A DNA stretch of 43,723 nt from an uncultured Clostridia bacterium (lineage in GTDB: Bacteria; Bacillota; Clostridia; Christensenellales; UBA1242): assembly GCA_947625165.1 (NCBI GenBank), contig CANQNH010000003.1, positions 1 to 43,723 of the forward strand, in the 5' to 3' direction. Shown piece after piece: positions 27,813 to 36,813 of this stretch. Below the pieces are notes generated by a model. The model saw nothing but the letters and a program-made list of their open reading frames with translations. It did no database searches and was not told where the DNA came from. The first letter of the stretch is position 1, and every line of letters starts with the position of its first letter. Position numbers and translations under genes: made by a program.

Positions 27813-29603
27813 TTATGCTTCCTCAAATTGACTGTTATAGAGGTCCGCATAGAAACCGCCTGCTTTCAACAGTTCCTCGTGGTTGCCGCTTTCGATTATG
27901 TCACCATCTTTCAGCACCAAAATCATATCGGCATTTTTGATTGTGGACAATCTGTGCGCAATTATGAAAGATGTGCGCCCCTCCATCACTTTGTCCATCG
28001 CCTCTTGCAACAAGACCTCTGTGCGTGTGTCAACCGAACTTGTTGCCTCGTCCAAAATCATCATCGGCTTGTTTTCAATCATTGTCCTGGCAATCGTCAA
28101 AAGTTGCTTTTGCCCTGCCGACAAATTGACAGCATCGTCAATCACGGTGTCATAGCCCTTTGAAAGCGTTTGAATGAAATGGTCAATCCCCACCTTTTTG
28201 CAGGCGTCCACAATTTGTTCGTCGGAAACGCCAACAGTGTTATAGCGCAAATTTTCTTTTATTGTCCCTTCAAACAGCCAAGTGTCCTGCAAAACCATTC
28301 CAAACAAGTTGTGAACATTGTCACGAGTTATGTCCTTTGTGGAAACGCCATCAATCTTGATGTCTCCGCTGTTGACCTCATAAAAGCGCATCAGCAAGTT
28401 GACCAAAGTGGTTTTGCCCGCCCCTGTCGGCCCAACGATTGCCACTTTTTCGCCGGCTCTTATTTTTGCAGAAAAACCTTTGATAATGATTTTGTTGGGA
28501 TTATAGCCAAACACAACATTGTCAAATTCAACATCTCCCTTCACATTGTCCAGCACAAGAGTTTTTCCGCTTTCGTCAGCGAGTTCTTTTTCTTCCAAAA
28601 AGTCGAAAACGCGGTTTGCTGCCGCAGATGTGGCCTGCAAATTGGTGAGCGCTTGTGCGATTTGCGAAAGCGGATTTGAAAACAGTCGAACATAAATCAT
28701 AAATGCGGATATTATGCCGATATACTCAATGCCACCATAATGAAGCGCCAAAACCGCACCCACAATGCAAACTGCGACATAGCCAAAATTGCCGACAAAG
28801 CCCATTATCGGCCCCATCACGCCAGAAATGAATTGTGACTTCCAACCACTTGTGAACAGGCGCTTGTTTATTTTGTCAAACTCGTCGCCCATCTCTTTTT
28901 TGGCATTGAAAAGTTGCACAACATTATGCCCAGAATACACTTCTTCGATATGCGCATTCAGTTGCCCAAGATTTCTTTGGTTTTGGTTGAAATATTTTTG
29001 TGCGCGGGTCATAAAAATCAACGAAAACGCAAAGCCAATCACGGTTGCAGCAATCACGGTGAGTGCCAAAATCCAATCGGTGACAAACATCATAATCAGC
29101 ACGCCGGCAAACAGCAAAACGCTGTGGAAGAGTGTGCCTATGCTTTCGTTCAGGCTTTGCCCAACGCGGTCAACATCGTTTGTGACCCGGCTGAGAACAT
29201 CACCAAACATATTTGTGTCAAAATAGTTGAGAGGCAGTCTGTTGATTTTTTGCGAGATGTCGCGTCTGAATTTTTTGGAAAGGTTTTGCGTCACTGTTGT
29301 CAGCACAAATTGTTGAAAATAGGACAAAACCGCCCCGACAGAATATATGCACACAAGGAAAATTCCAATTTTTCCGACAGCAGCAAAGTCAACTCCGCCA
29401 GATCTCAGACCAGTTGCAACAAGTGTGATGAGGTCTTGAATTTTGTTTGGCCCGATGATTTGAAAGGTGACACCAATTGCGCCAAACACCATTGACAGAG
29501 CAATCCACCACCAATATTTTTTGCAATAGAAGAAAAGTTTTTTCATTGACTTTTTGAAAGAGCCCTTCTCCGCCTTTTCGGCGACCATCATTCTTCTTGG
29601 CAT
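27813..29603 (-). CDS. Heterodimeric ABC exporter subunit (TMD+NBD, consensus catalytic site)
   Basis: GPTGAGKT, LSAGQKQ, ILDEATS and IIAHRLS motifs. Start MPRRMMV at 29603 with RBS AAGGAGG, 1 bp after the upstream partner. Confidence 0.93.
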   Translation of the reverse strand: MPRRMMVAEKAEKGSFKKSMKKLFFYCKKYWWWIALSMVFGAIGVTFQIIGPNKIQDLITLVATGLRSGGVDFAAVGKIGIFLVCIYSVGAVLSYFQQFVLTTVTQNLSKKFRRDISQKINRLPLNYFDTNMFGDVLSRVTNDVDRVGQSLNESIGTLFHSVLLFAGVLIMMFVTDWILALTVIAATVIGFAFSLIFMTRAQKYFNQNQRNLGQLNAHIEEVYSGHNVVQLFNAKKEMGDEFDKINKRLFTSGWKSQFISGVMGPIMGFVGNFGYVAVCIVGAVLALHYGGIEYIGIISAFMIYVRLFSNPLSQIAQALTNLQATSAAANRVFDFLEEKELADESGKTLVLDNVKGDVEFDNVVFGYNPNKIIIKGFSAKIRAGEKVAIVGPTGAGKTTLVNLLMRFYEVNSGDIKIDGVSTKDITRDNVHNLFGMVLQDTWLFEGTIKENLRYNTVGVSDEQIVDACKKVGIDHFIQTLSKGYDTVIDDAVNLSAGQKQLLTIARTMIENKPMMILDEATSSVDTRTEVLLQEAMDKVMEGRTSFIIAHRLSTIKNADMILVLKDGDIIESGNHEELLKAGGFYADLYNSQFEEA

Positions 29604-29604
29604 A

Positions 29605-31329
29605 TCACAGTTCCTCCTTTGAAAGTTGTGAAAGGGCGATTTCCTGATAGACCGGACAGGTTTTGAGAAGTTCCTCGTGCGTGCCAATTCCAACCATATT
29701 CCCATTGTCAAGCACAATGATTTTGTCCGCATCTTTGATTGTGCCGATGCGCTGCGCAACGATGAATTTTGTTGTTTTTGCAGTGTGTTTTTTCAGTGCA
29801 GAACGAAGTTTGCGGTCGGTTTTATAGTCCAGCGCCGAAAAACTGTCGTCAAAAATGAATATTTCTGGGTTTCTTGCAACGGCGCGCGCAATTGAAATTC
29901 TTTGTTTTTGTCCGCCAGAAACATTTGTTCCGCCCTGAGCGATGTCGCTGTCAATTCCGTTGCCCATTCGCGAAACGAAGTTGGATGCCTGAGCAACAGA
30001 AAGCGCATCTTTCACACCTTCATCGTCTGCGTTGTTGTCGCCAAAATTGACGTTGCTTTTCACAGTGCCTTTGAAAAGAACCCCGCGCTGCGGAACATAG
30101 CCAATCTTTTTGTTGAGCGCCTCAAAATCATAGTCCTTCACATCAACTCCGTCCAAAAGAACTCTGCCTTCCGTGGCATCATACAGCCTTGGAATAAGGT
30201 TGATGAGTGTGCTTTTTCCGCTTCCCGTGCTGCCAATGAAAGCCACCGTTTCGCCCTCGTTTGCGGTGAAAGAGATGTTGTGCAGCACATATTCGTCCGC
30301 ATCAGGATATTTGAACGAAACATTTTCAAACACAACGCTGGCTTTCCCGTCTGGGTTTTCGTCAGTGTATCTGCCCGGAACGATGCTGTCCTTGGTGTCC
30401 AGCACCTCGTTTATTCTCTTTGCCGAAACAAGAACTCTCGGCATCAAGATGAAAATCATAATCAGCAGCATAAACGCCATTATGACTTGCATTGAATAGG
30501 ACATATATTTTGTTATCGACCCAATTTCCAGCGGCGATTTGATGATGTATGCCCCAATCCAGTTGATTGCAAGCCCAAGCCCACTCATCAAAAGGTTCAT
30601 TCCGGGGTTCATTATGCCCATAACTCTGTTGGCAAACAGCGTTGTTTTTGTGATTTCGTTGTTCTGTTTTTCAAATTTTGCGTTTTGATATTCCTCCGCG
30701 TTGGATGCACGCACAACTCTGATGCCCGTCAAATTTTCTCTTGTCACGCGGTTGATGTTGTCCATCATCGTTTGGATTTTTTTGAATTTTGGAATTGCCA
30801 AGCACACAATGAGAAGCACCATAAGCACAAGTATGCAAATCACTGTTGCGGTTGCTGTTGTCCACTGCCAACTGACATTCACAATTTTGGTTATTGTCCA
30901 AATTGCCATAATCGGCGCTTTTATGAGTGCTTGCAAGCCCATCGCGATGAAAAACTGCACGTTCATAATGTCATTTGTGGTGCGAGTGATGAGGCTTGCT
31001 GTGGAAAATTTGTTGATTTCGGCAAGCGAAAAGTTTTGGATTTTGTCATAGACTTTTCTTCGCAAATTGTAAGTCAATCTTGACGCAACATTTGCCACCA
31101 AAAAGCCAACCGCGATTGCGCTTCCCAAACTGCCAAAGGCGCAAGCAAGCATAAGCGCGCCATTTATGAGAATGGTGTTAAGGTCAATATCCCCCATAAT
31201 TCCGTTCACCAAATTTTCACTGTATGTTGGCATTGTCAGGTCAAGCCAGACTTGAAAAATGACCAGCCCCACAATCAGCGCCATAAAAATATAGTCAATT
31301 GGTTTTAAGTTTTTCAACAATTTAAACAT
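29605..31329 (-). CDS. Heterodimeric ABC exporter subunit (TMD+NBD, degenerate site)
   Basis: GSTGSGKS, VSGGQKQR, IFDDSFSALD (Walker B Glu->Asp) and IVAQR (His->Gln), typical of TM287/288-like pairs. RBS AGGAGG before ATG 31329. Confidence 0.93.
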   Translation of the reverse strand: MFKLLKNLKPIDYIFMALIVGLVIFQVWLDLTMPTYSENLVNGIMGDIDLNTILINGALMLACAFGSLGSAIAVGFLVANVASRLTYNLRRKVYDKIQNFSLAEINKFSTASLITRTTNDIMNVQFFIAMGLQALIKAPIMAIWTITKIVNVSWQWTTATATVICILVLMVLLIVCLAIPKFKKIQTMMDNINRVTRENLTGIRVVRASNAEEYQNAKFEKQNNEITKTTLFANRVMGIMNPGMNLLMSGLGLAINWIGAYIIKSPLEIGSITKYMSYSMQVIMAFMLLIMIFILMPRVLVSAKRINEVLDTKDSIVPGRYTDENPDGKASVVFENVSFKYPDADEYVLHNISFTANEGETVAFIGSTGSGKSTLINLIPRLYDATEGRVLLDGVDVKDYDFEALNKKIGYVPQRGVLFKGTVKSNVNFGDNNADDEGVKDALSVAQASNFVSRMGNGIDSDIAQGGTNVSGGQKQRISIARAVARNPEIFIFDDSFSALDYKTDRKLRSALKKHTAKTTKFIVAQRIGTIKDADKIIVLDNGNMVGIGTHEELLKTCPVYQEIALSQLSKEEL

Positions 31330-31693
31330 AAACACCTCCTGCAAAAAGCAAACGCCATTGCCCAATGTGAACAAACTTAAACAGCATATATTATATAACA
31401 AATATTTTCACAAAGCAAACAAAAAACAGCAAAAAGCCTTTGAGAAAAGGGCAACAATTTATAGATATGAAAATGCTGCCCAAATGTGACAAAGTTGGCA
31501 AAAATTTTGACACGAAGTTTGTTGCCTCAGATGGCAGAAGAGAAATCTTTTGGCGTAAAGAAAAAAAAGAAGGCTTTTTCACCTTCTCTTTTAAAATTTT
31601 CAAGCAGAAATCACCACAAGCATCATTTTTCAAAACAAATTTCCCAAATTTTCCGCTTGTCAAACAAGTGCTGTGGAAAGGAACGCTCTCGCC

Positions 31694-32992
31694 CTAATTT
31701 CCAGAAACCTGCTGAAACGAAGAGCCGTTTTGCAGATATGGAAAACCGCTTGTCAAAGGTTTGATGGACATTGTGAGTGTCGTTCTGTTGAAAGTTTCAA
31801 ACTTGACAAGTTGGTCTTTTTGCAAAGTGACAACAACTTTGATATAGTCGTCAACAGCCCTTGAAAGTTCCACTTCAAAAATGTCTTCTCCATTTTTGCG
31901 TTCCCACTTGATATGCTTGTCCAAAAGAGGATTTTGAGCAAACAAACTGTCAAAATAGTCTTTCAAATCAAGGTTCTGAAAAGCCAGCACTTTTTCAACA
32001 GCCTCTTTTGCGCGTTTGATTGGCTGATTTTTGTTGTCCTTGTCCAAAACAATTTCATCATAGAGCGCAGAAATTTTGTTGTCTTTTGCCTCATCTTCGT
32101 CAAATTGATAGTATATTCTTCCAGTTTCCAACCAAATCTTTTCGTTTGTGGCGTGATACAAACTTTCGCCGCCCGTTCTTTCGAGATAGACATCTTTTGC
32201 CACCCCGTCAAATTTGGCCTTGCCGTTTGTCTGGGCGTTGCTGGAATAATAGTCAAAGCCTTCTGCGGTGAAGTTTTTGCCTAAGGTTGCAAGAAAATCG
32301 GAAAACTTTTCTTCGTCAAGAAGCGAGCCATCTGCATAGCCCGAAAAATCAGGAAACTGCATAGACCCCTCAAAAGTGGAGATTTCCACAGTTGTTTCTC
32401 CATCAACGTTGTGCTGTGTGTGATTGACAATTTTCACAAGTTGCTTGTCAACAAAATCCACTTTCAAATTTTGAGTGCAAACCAAGTCCCTGGCATTTGC
32501 TTCAAAATTGACAGCATTTCCATCTTCGGTTTTGACAAGCGAATGTTCATTTTTGTTTCCCATCGTTTTCAAAGTGTCAGAAACATAGGCATAAGCATCA
32601 TCAAAAATCGAAACAAACTCGGTCAAATCGTCCCAATCTTCCTCGAAATATGGCAGAAAAAACTTTTCGCTTGTGGCGGAATTGGAATAATAAATTGTGC
32701 CATCGGTCAACCACCATCCTCGCGTGTTCTGCCCCTGAGCAACCACAACTGAGAACTGCGGCTTGTTTGTGTCTGGATTTCCCAAGGCATTCTTTTCATA
32801 CGAAAAGTGTGCCGTCACTGACCGATTTGTGCCACTTTCGGAATAGGTCATCGTTTGAAATTTTGTTGAAACACCCTTGCTTTTTGCATAAGAGGTGAAC
32901 GCATCAGAAAATCCACCTCCGCACGCTGTCAGCATCAAGCCCAGCCCAAAGGTCAAAACCAGTGTCGCACAAATGCTCAAAAACTTTTTCAT
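31694..32992 (-). CDS. Lipoprotein with two diverged tandem domains
   Basis: MKKFLSI...LTA-C lipobox. Paired motifs WLTDGTIYY/WLETGRIYY and DKQLVKI/KDQLVKF. Confidence 0.8.
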   Translation of the reverse strand: MKKFLSICATLVLTFGLGLMLTACGGGFSDAFTSYAKSKGVSTKFQTMTYSESGTNRSVTAHFSYEKNALGNPDTNKPQFSVVVAQGQNTRGWWLTDGTIYYSNSATSEKFFLPYFEEDWDDLTEFVSIFDDAYAYVSDTLKTMGNKNEHSLVKTEDGNAVNFEANARDLVCTQNLKVDFVDKQLVKIVNHTQHNVDGETTVEISTFEGSMQFPDFSGYADGSLLDEEKFSDFLATLGKNFTAEGFDYYSSNAQTNGKAKFDGVAKDVYLERTGGESLYHATNEKIWLETGRIYYQFDEDEAKDNKISALYDEIVLDKDNKNQPIKRAKEAVEKVLAFQNLDLKDYFDSLFAQNPLLDKHIKWERKNGEDIFEVELSRAVDDYIKVVVTLQKDQLVKFETFNRTTLTMSIKPLTSGFPYLQNGSSFQQVSGN

Positions 32993-33024
32993 AGTTTTCC
33001 TCTCAGAAAAATCAATTTGAATTT

Positions 33025-33052
33025 ATTATATCACAAAACATCAAAATGTCAA
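33025..33052 (-). promoter_or_regulatory. Consensus sigma-A promoter
   Basis: TTGACA-16 bp-TATAAT with extended TG, about 30 nt upstream of ATG 32992. Confidence 0.75.
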
Positions 33053-33165
33053 CCTCGTTTTCAAACTTTCGTGACTTCTTGCCCTCACAAATCTGATTGC
33101 TCGGACCTCATCGCTTAAAATTTGCACAAACCAAAAAACCAACTTGCCACCTCTTTTTCCACCCA

Positions 33166-33198
33166 ACAAAAAAAATCCCTGCTTTTAAGCAAGGATTT
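33166..33198 (-). terminator. Intrinsic terminator
   Basis: AAATCCCTGCTT-TT-AAGCAAGGATTT near-perfect hairpin with a T-run on the minus strand. Confidence 0.7.
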
Positions 33199-33211
33199 AT
33201 TCTTTTATTTT

Positions 33212-34852
33212 TTAGGCATTTGCTGTGACTGTCCAAACACTTTGGCTTTCACTTGAAGAATAGCCTTGAGGAAGATAAGATGTTTTTCCGTCATCATTGT
33301 GAAGGTCAGCCGGATTAAATCCGTGGAATTTTCCGCCTTTAACAACAATGGTGGCTGTGCCTGCCTTAGCGTTTTCGTTTTTGCAGTTCAAGAGGAAATT
33401 TTTATTTCCATCTGTTAACTGTTTGATGTCAAATTCTCCGCCGTTGATTGTGCAGGTTCCTTCGAAAACATAAATCGCGTGCATATTTCCAACAAATTTG
33501 CCGTTTTCAATTGTCAGTTCGCCGCCGCCAACAACATCAAGAGCATAGACATCATTTTCGAGTGCATCAAATTCGCCGTTTCCTGTCACTGTCAGTTGCC
33601 CGCCTTCCTTGACGCTGACCAGTGACCATCTGTCATTTTCAGAGCCTGCCTCTTCGTGCCAAATTGCAATTGTGTTTGAAATCTTGTGTCCAGCAAGGTC
33701 AAGTGTGACATTTTTGTTTGTCACAACAAAATTTTTGTTTGCATCTGTCATTACGATGTCGCTTGTGAGAACAACATAGGCATTGTCGTGATTAAGTGCT
33801 GCTTCAAGAGTTGCTGCATCGTTTGCATAGTAACGATTTTCATCAACTTTAACTGTCCAAACATCATTATTATCTTCAGCTTCATCAGTTGTTTTTTCAG
33901 ATATGAAACCATCAACTAAATAACTTTCTTTTCCGTCATCATTTTTAAGGTCAGCTGGGTTAAAACCGTGGAATACTCCGCCTTTAACAACGATTTTTGC
34001 ATCTCCAGACTGTGCTTTTTCATTTTTGCAGTTAATCAAAAAGTCTTTTGTGCCATTATTTGCCAATTGCTTAACATCAAATTCTCCGCCATTGATTGTG
34101 CAAGTTCCTTCAAAAACATAAACCGCGTGCACATTGCCAACAAATTTGCCGTTTTCAATTGTCAATTCGCCGCCGCCAACAACGTCAAGAGCATAGACAT
34201 CATCTTTGAGTGCATCAAATTCGCCATTTCCTTTCACTGTCAATTTTCCATTGGCTTTAACACTGACAAGTGACCATTTGTCATTTTCAGAGCCTGTCTC
34301 TTCGTGCCAAAATGCAACAGTGTTTGAAATTTTGTGTCCAGCAAGGTCAAGAGTGAACTCTTTTGTCACTGCGACTGTGCTTGTCAAAACAACATCATCT
34401 GTCAATTTTGCAGAAGAATAGTGTTGAAGTGCTTTTTGAAGTTCAGCCTCGTTGGAAACAAGGGCAACCCCTGCTTCTTCTTTCAAATATGTGACTTCAA
34501 CATCGTAAGTCGTTTCAAAAAATTCCTCTTCCGCATACTCATATTTGACTGTGACAGTGTATGTTCCAATTTCAGAGAAAGCGCTGTTTGCAGCAACCTT
34601 TGTTTCTCCTTTGACAGCCTCGCTTATTGTCACTTTTTCGTCAAGTTCAAGGTCTTTTTCAGTTTTGTTGTCATAAACTGCCTTAACCTTCAAGCCCTCT
34701 GTTGTGAAATTCTCGCCCGTCACAAACGCTGTGTGAGCATCTTGTGTGTCAACCCTTATGCCTGTGAGTTTTGGCTCTCCACACGCAGTGAGAGCAATCC
34801 CTCCCACCAAAAGAAAACAAAAGCAAGCCAAAATTGATAAAAACTTTTTCAT
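33212..34852 (-). CDS. Lipoprotein with an Ig-like (Big-type) domain plus two near-identical beta-rich domains
   Basis: Lipobox LTA-C, Ig-like segment FVTGENFTTEGLKVKAVY...GTYTVTVKY, and a duplicated TLDLAGHKISNT...GFNPADL domain. Confidence 0.85.
   Translation of the reverse strand: MKKFLSILACFCFLLVGGIALTACGEPKLTGIRVDTQDAHTAFVTGENFTTEGLKVKAVYDNKTEKDLELDEKVTISEAVKGETKVAANSAFSEIGTYTVTVKYEYAEEEFFETTYDVEVTYLKEEAGVALVSNEAELQKALQHYSSAKLTDDVVLTSTVAVTKEFTLDLAGHKISNTVAFWHEETGSENDKWSLVSVKANGKLTVKGNGEFDALKDDVYALDVVGGGELTIENGKFVGNVHAVYVFEGTCTINGGEFDVKQLANNGTKDFLINCKNEKAQSGDAKIVVKGGVFHGFNPADLKNDDGKESYLVDGFISEKTTDEAEDNNDVWTVKVDENRYYANDAATLEAALNHDNAYVVLTSDIVMTDANKNFVVTNKNVTLDLAGHKISNTIAIWHEEAGSENDRWSLVSVKEGGQLTVTGNGEFDALENDVYALDVVGGGELTIENGKFVGNMHAIYVFEGTCTINGGEFDIKQLTDGNKNFLLNCKNENAKAGTATIVVKGGKFHGFNPADLHNDDGKTSYLPQGYSSSESQSVWTVTANA
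33280..34353 (-). repeat. Intragenic tandem duplication, offset about 648 bp
   Basis: TTGTGTCCAGCAAGGTCAAG occurs at both 33684 and 34332, with long near-identical stretches alongside. Confidence 0.9.
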
Positions 34853-34926
34853 AAAACCTCCTCAATTTTCTTATGCAGTGACTTTGGATTTGGCAATTCC
34901 GCCCTCCACTTTTCACCTATGTTGAA

Positions 34927-34956
34927 ATTGTATCACGGGGGGGGAGTTCTTGTCAA
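34927..34956 (-). promoter_or_regulatory. Sigma-A promoter with a C8 homopolymer in the spacer
   Basis: TTGACA-agaactCCCCCCCCgtga-TACAAT, an 18 bp spacer with an extended -10. Confidence 0.75.
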
Positions 34957-35321
34957 ATTTTTTTCAAAGAAAACAAAAAATTTTTCTTTACTGCAAAAAT
35001 TTGCGAAAAGTCACCGAATTTCAATCCATAGTTTGCGCCAGATGCCAAATTCTATGCAATTTTTATGGTTATTATGTCCGCAAACTCAATCAAACAATCC
35101 CTTGTGCTTCTTTAAATTGAAAAATATTGATATATATGTCATAATTTTATGTTTATTTTGCATCACTTCACATATTTGCATCGCTTCGATATCCAAAAAC
35201 CTGCCAGCAAAGAAAATTCCGCTTTCAGCAACAAATTCTGTCACATTTTTTTGAGGACAAAAATAAATTGATAATGTGCAAACGATTGCACAAATACATA
35301 AGATTTTTTTAGGAGGCACAA

Positions 35322-35540
35322 ATGAACTTTTTTGGAGGCTCAAATTGTGGCGAAGTTGGAAACGGCTGCGGCGGATGTGACTGCTGCTCTCTCATCTTCC
35401 TTCTTCTGCTCTTGCAAAACTGCGGCTGTGGCGGTGGTTTTGGCGGGTTCAAAGGCGGACAAATCTGCATTGACTGCGAAACACTGCTCCTCTTGATTTT
35501 GTTGTCTGGCTTCGGCAGTGGCTGCGGCTGCAACAAATGA
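35322..35540 (+). CDS. Small Cys/Gly-rich protein with two DC-x-x-(L/I)-rich hydrophobic repeats (clostridial chorion-like high-cysteine type; probable spore protein)
   Basis: Perfect AGGAGG RBS, 72 aa, repeats DCCSLIFLLLLL and DCETLLLLILL, own terminator. Confidence 0.8.
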   Translation: MNFFGGSNCGEVGNGCGGCDCCSLIFLLLLLQNCGCGGGFGGFKGGQICIDCETLLLLILLSGFGSGCGCNK

Positions 35541-35559
35541 TGTTTGCTTGCGGTTTTGA

Positions 35560-35597
35560 AAAATCTCCCCCTGAATTTTGGGGGATTTTTTCTTTTT
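35560..35597 (+). terminator. Intrinsic terminator
   Basis: AAAATCTCCCC...GGGGGATTTTT followed by a T-rich tail. Confidence 0.65.
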
Positions 35598-35880
35598 CAC
35601 ACAATTTTGTTCTTTTCAACCTCTCCTTGCCTTGACAAAAGCAAATTTTGAAATTGTGAAAAAAAAGAAGAAATTATTCAAAAATTGCCTCTTTGAAAGA
35701 AAAAATTGCAAATTTTTGCTTGTATTCGCTGAAAATTCGCTTGATTTTCTTTTCTTTTTGTTGTATCATAACAATGAAAAATGATTTGAAAGCAACCTTT
35801 TGACCAAACCCAAAAACATTTTCAAGAAGTTTGCAGGGTTTCACAGGACATTCCATTTCAAATCAAAACGGAGGTTTTCT

Positions 35881-36276
35881 ATGAGCATTGAATCAAAATT
35901 TGGTGAAGGCGCAGAACTTTTGTGGCAAGACAGAAAAAGATATTTCGGGCTTCCACTTTCTTTCACAAGATACAGCCTTGTGAAAAAGCCGGGTGCATGG
36001 GTCAAACTTTTCTTGAATGTTGGCTTTTTGTCAAATATGGTGGATGAGGTCAACGCATACCGCATTTGCGACATCAATCTTCGTCAATCACTGCTTGGCA
36101 AAATGTTCAACTATGGCACAGTGACCGTTTTCAGCAGTGACGAAAGCAAGCCAACACTTCTGTTGCAAAACATCAAAAATCCATATCAAGTGCGTGACCT
36201 GATTTCAAGTGTTGCAGAAGAACAACGCAGAATAAACAACATCAGAATGACAGAGTTCCACGGACACGACCAATAA
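35881..36276 (+). CDS. Bacterial PH-domain protein (bPH_2/DUF304-like)
   Basis: GGAGG RBS and ATG 35881. LWQDRKR..GLPLSFTRY, YRICDINLRQSLLGKMFNYGTV and LQNIKNP pattern. Confidence 0.8.
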   Translation: MSIESKFGEGAELLWQDRKRYFGLPLSFTRYSLVKKPGAWVKLFLNVGFLSNMVDEVNAYRICDINLRQSLLGKMFNYGTVTVFSSDESKPTLLLQNIKNPYQVRDLISSVAEEQRRINNIRMTEFHGHDQ

Positions 36277-36357
36277 GACTTGTCAGAACGACGGCTGACG
36301 CAACAATAAAAATTCTCAGCAACCAACAAATCAGAAAAAATTTGCGTGATGAACAAC

Positions 36358-36383
36358 AAAAGACGGGCGTCCGTCTTTTTTTT
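36358..36383 (+). terminator. Intrinsic terminator
   Basis: AAAAGACGG-GCGT-CCGTCTTTT followed by Ts. Confidence 0.8.
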
Positions 36384-36489
36384 GTAGTTATTTCACTTTC
36401 CTTATTTTTGTTTTTTGTCAATTCTTGAAGCAAAAAATTCAAAACAGAAAATTCTTCCTTGAAAAATTAAATAAATTTTGAAAAATTGG

Positions 36490-36518
36490 TTGACAATCAG
36501 GAATATTTATGTTAAAAT
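36490..36518 (+). promoter_or_regulatory. Sigma-A promoter of tRNA-Ala
   Basis: TTGACA-17 bp-TAAAAT with extended TG and an A-rich upstream element. Confidence 0.8.
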
Positions 36519-36537
36519 GCAAGAGCATCAGTTTTTT

Positions 36538-36613
36538 GGGGGTGTGGCTCAGTTGGTAGAGCATCTGCCTTGCAAGCAGAGGGTCAGCGGTTCGAATCCG
36601 CTCATCTCCACCA
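36538..36613 (+). tRNA. tRNA-Ala (anticodon TGC)
   Basis: 76 nt cloverleaf with acceptor stem GGGGGTG/CATCTCC including G3:U70, D-arm GCTCAGTTGGTAGAGC, anticodon loop TTTGCAA-type TGC, GGTTCGAATCC and an encoded CCA. Confidence 0.98.
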
Positions 36614-36623
36614 GTAGTGGTTG

Positions 36624-36662
36624 AAGAACACAGCGTGTACAATACGTTGTGTTCTTTTTTTT
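36624..36662 (+). terminator. Terminator after the tRNA
   Basis: AAGAACACAGCGT-loop-ACGTTGTGTTCTT followed by a T-run. Confidence 0.8.
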
Positions 36663-36693
36663 AAAATTTTCGTTTGTGTTTCATTTTGTGAAG

Positions 36694-36722
36694 AAATTAT
36701 CGTCAAAATTATCGTCAAAATT
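36694..36722 (+). repeat. 12-bp tandem direct repeat (AAATTATCGTCA x2.4)
   Basis: Copies at 36694-36705 and 36706-36717, plus a partial copy at 36718-36722. Confidence 0.85.
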
Positions 36723-36774
36723 CAAGTATAAATCATCTCACGCCTACGATTTTTTCTAGCAAAACAACAACAAA

Positions 36775-36796
36775 AAAAGTGGATTTCTCCACTTTT
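36775..36796 (-). terminator. Terminator after mscL, possibly bidirectional
   Basis: AAAAGTGGA-TTTC-TCCACTTTT hairpin. Confidence 0.7.
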
Positions 36797-36813
36797 CGTT
36801 TTGCCTTTTTGTT

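Noticed and set aside
34860-34920. GC-richer 5' leader of the 33212-34852 lipoprotein as a riboswitch
   Set aside because: It is short, and I recognise no riboswitch consensus or expression platform. An Rfam scan would be needed.
34878-35014. Inverted repeat GTGACTTT/AAAGTCAC flanking the lipoprotein promoter (possible invertible promoter)
   Set aside because: It is only 8 bp, does not extend, and no recombinase is nearby, so it is compatible with chance.
35309-35600. Pro/Gln- and Ala-rich minus-strand ORFs
   Set aside because: They are antisense to the Cys/Gly-rich gene, which has the RBS and terminator.
36439-36642. 67 aa minus-strand ORF
   Set aside because: It is the antisense reading of tRNA-Ala.
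36694-36722. Direct repeat as a CRISPR or iteron array
   Set aside because: It has only 2.4 contiguous copies with no spacers, and there is no cas or rep gene in the window.
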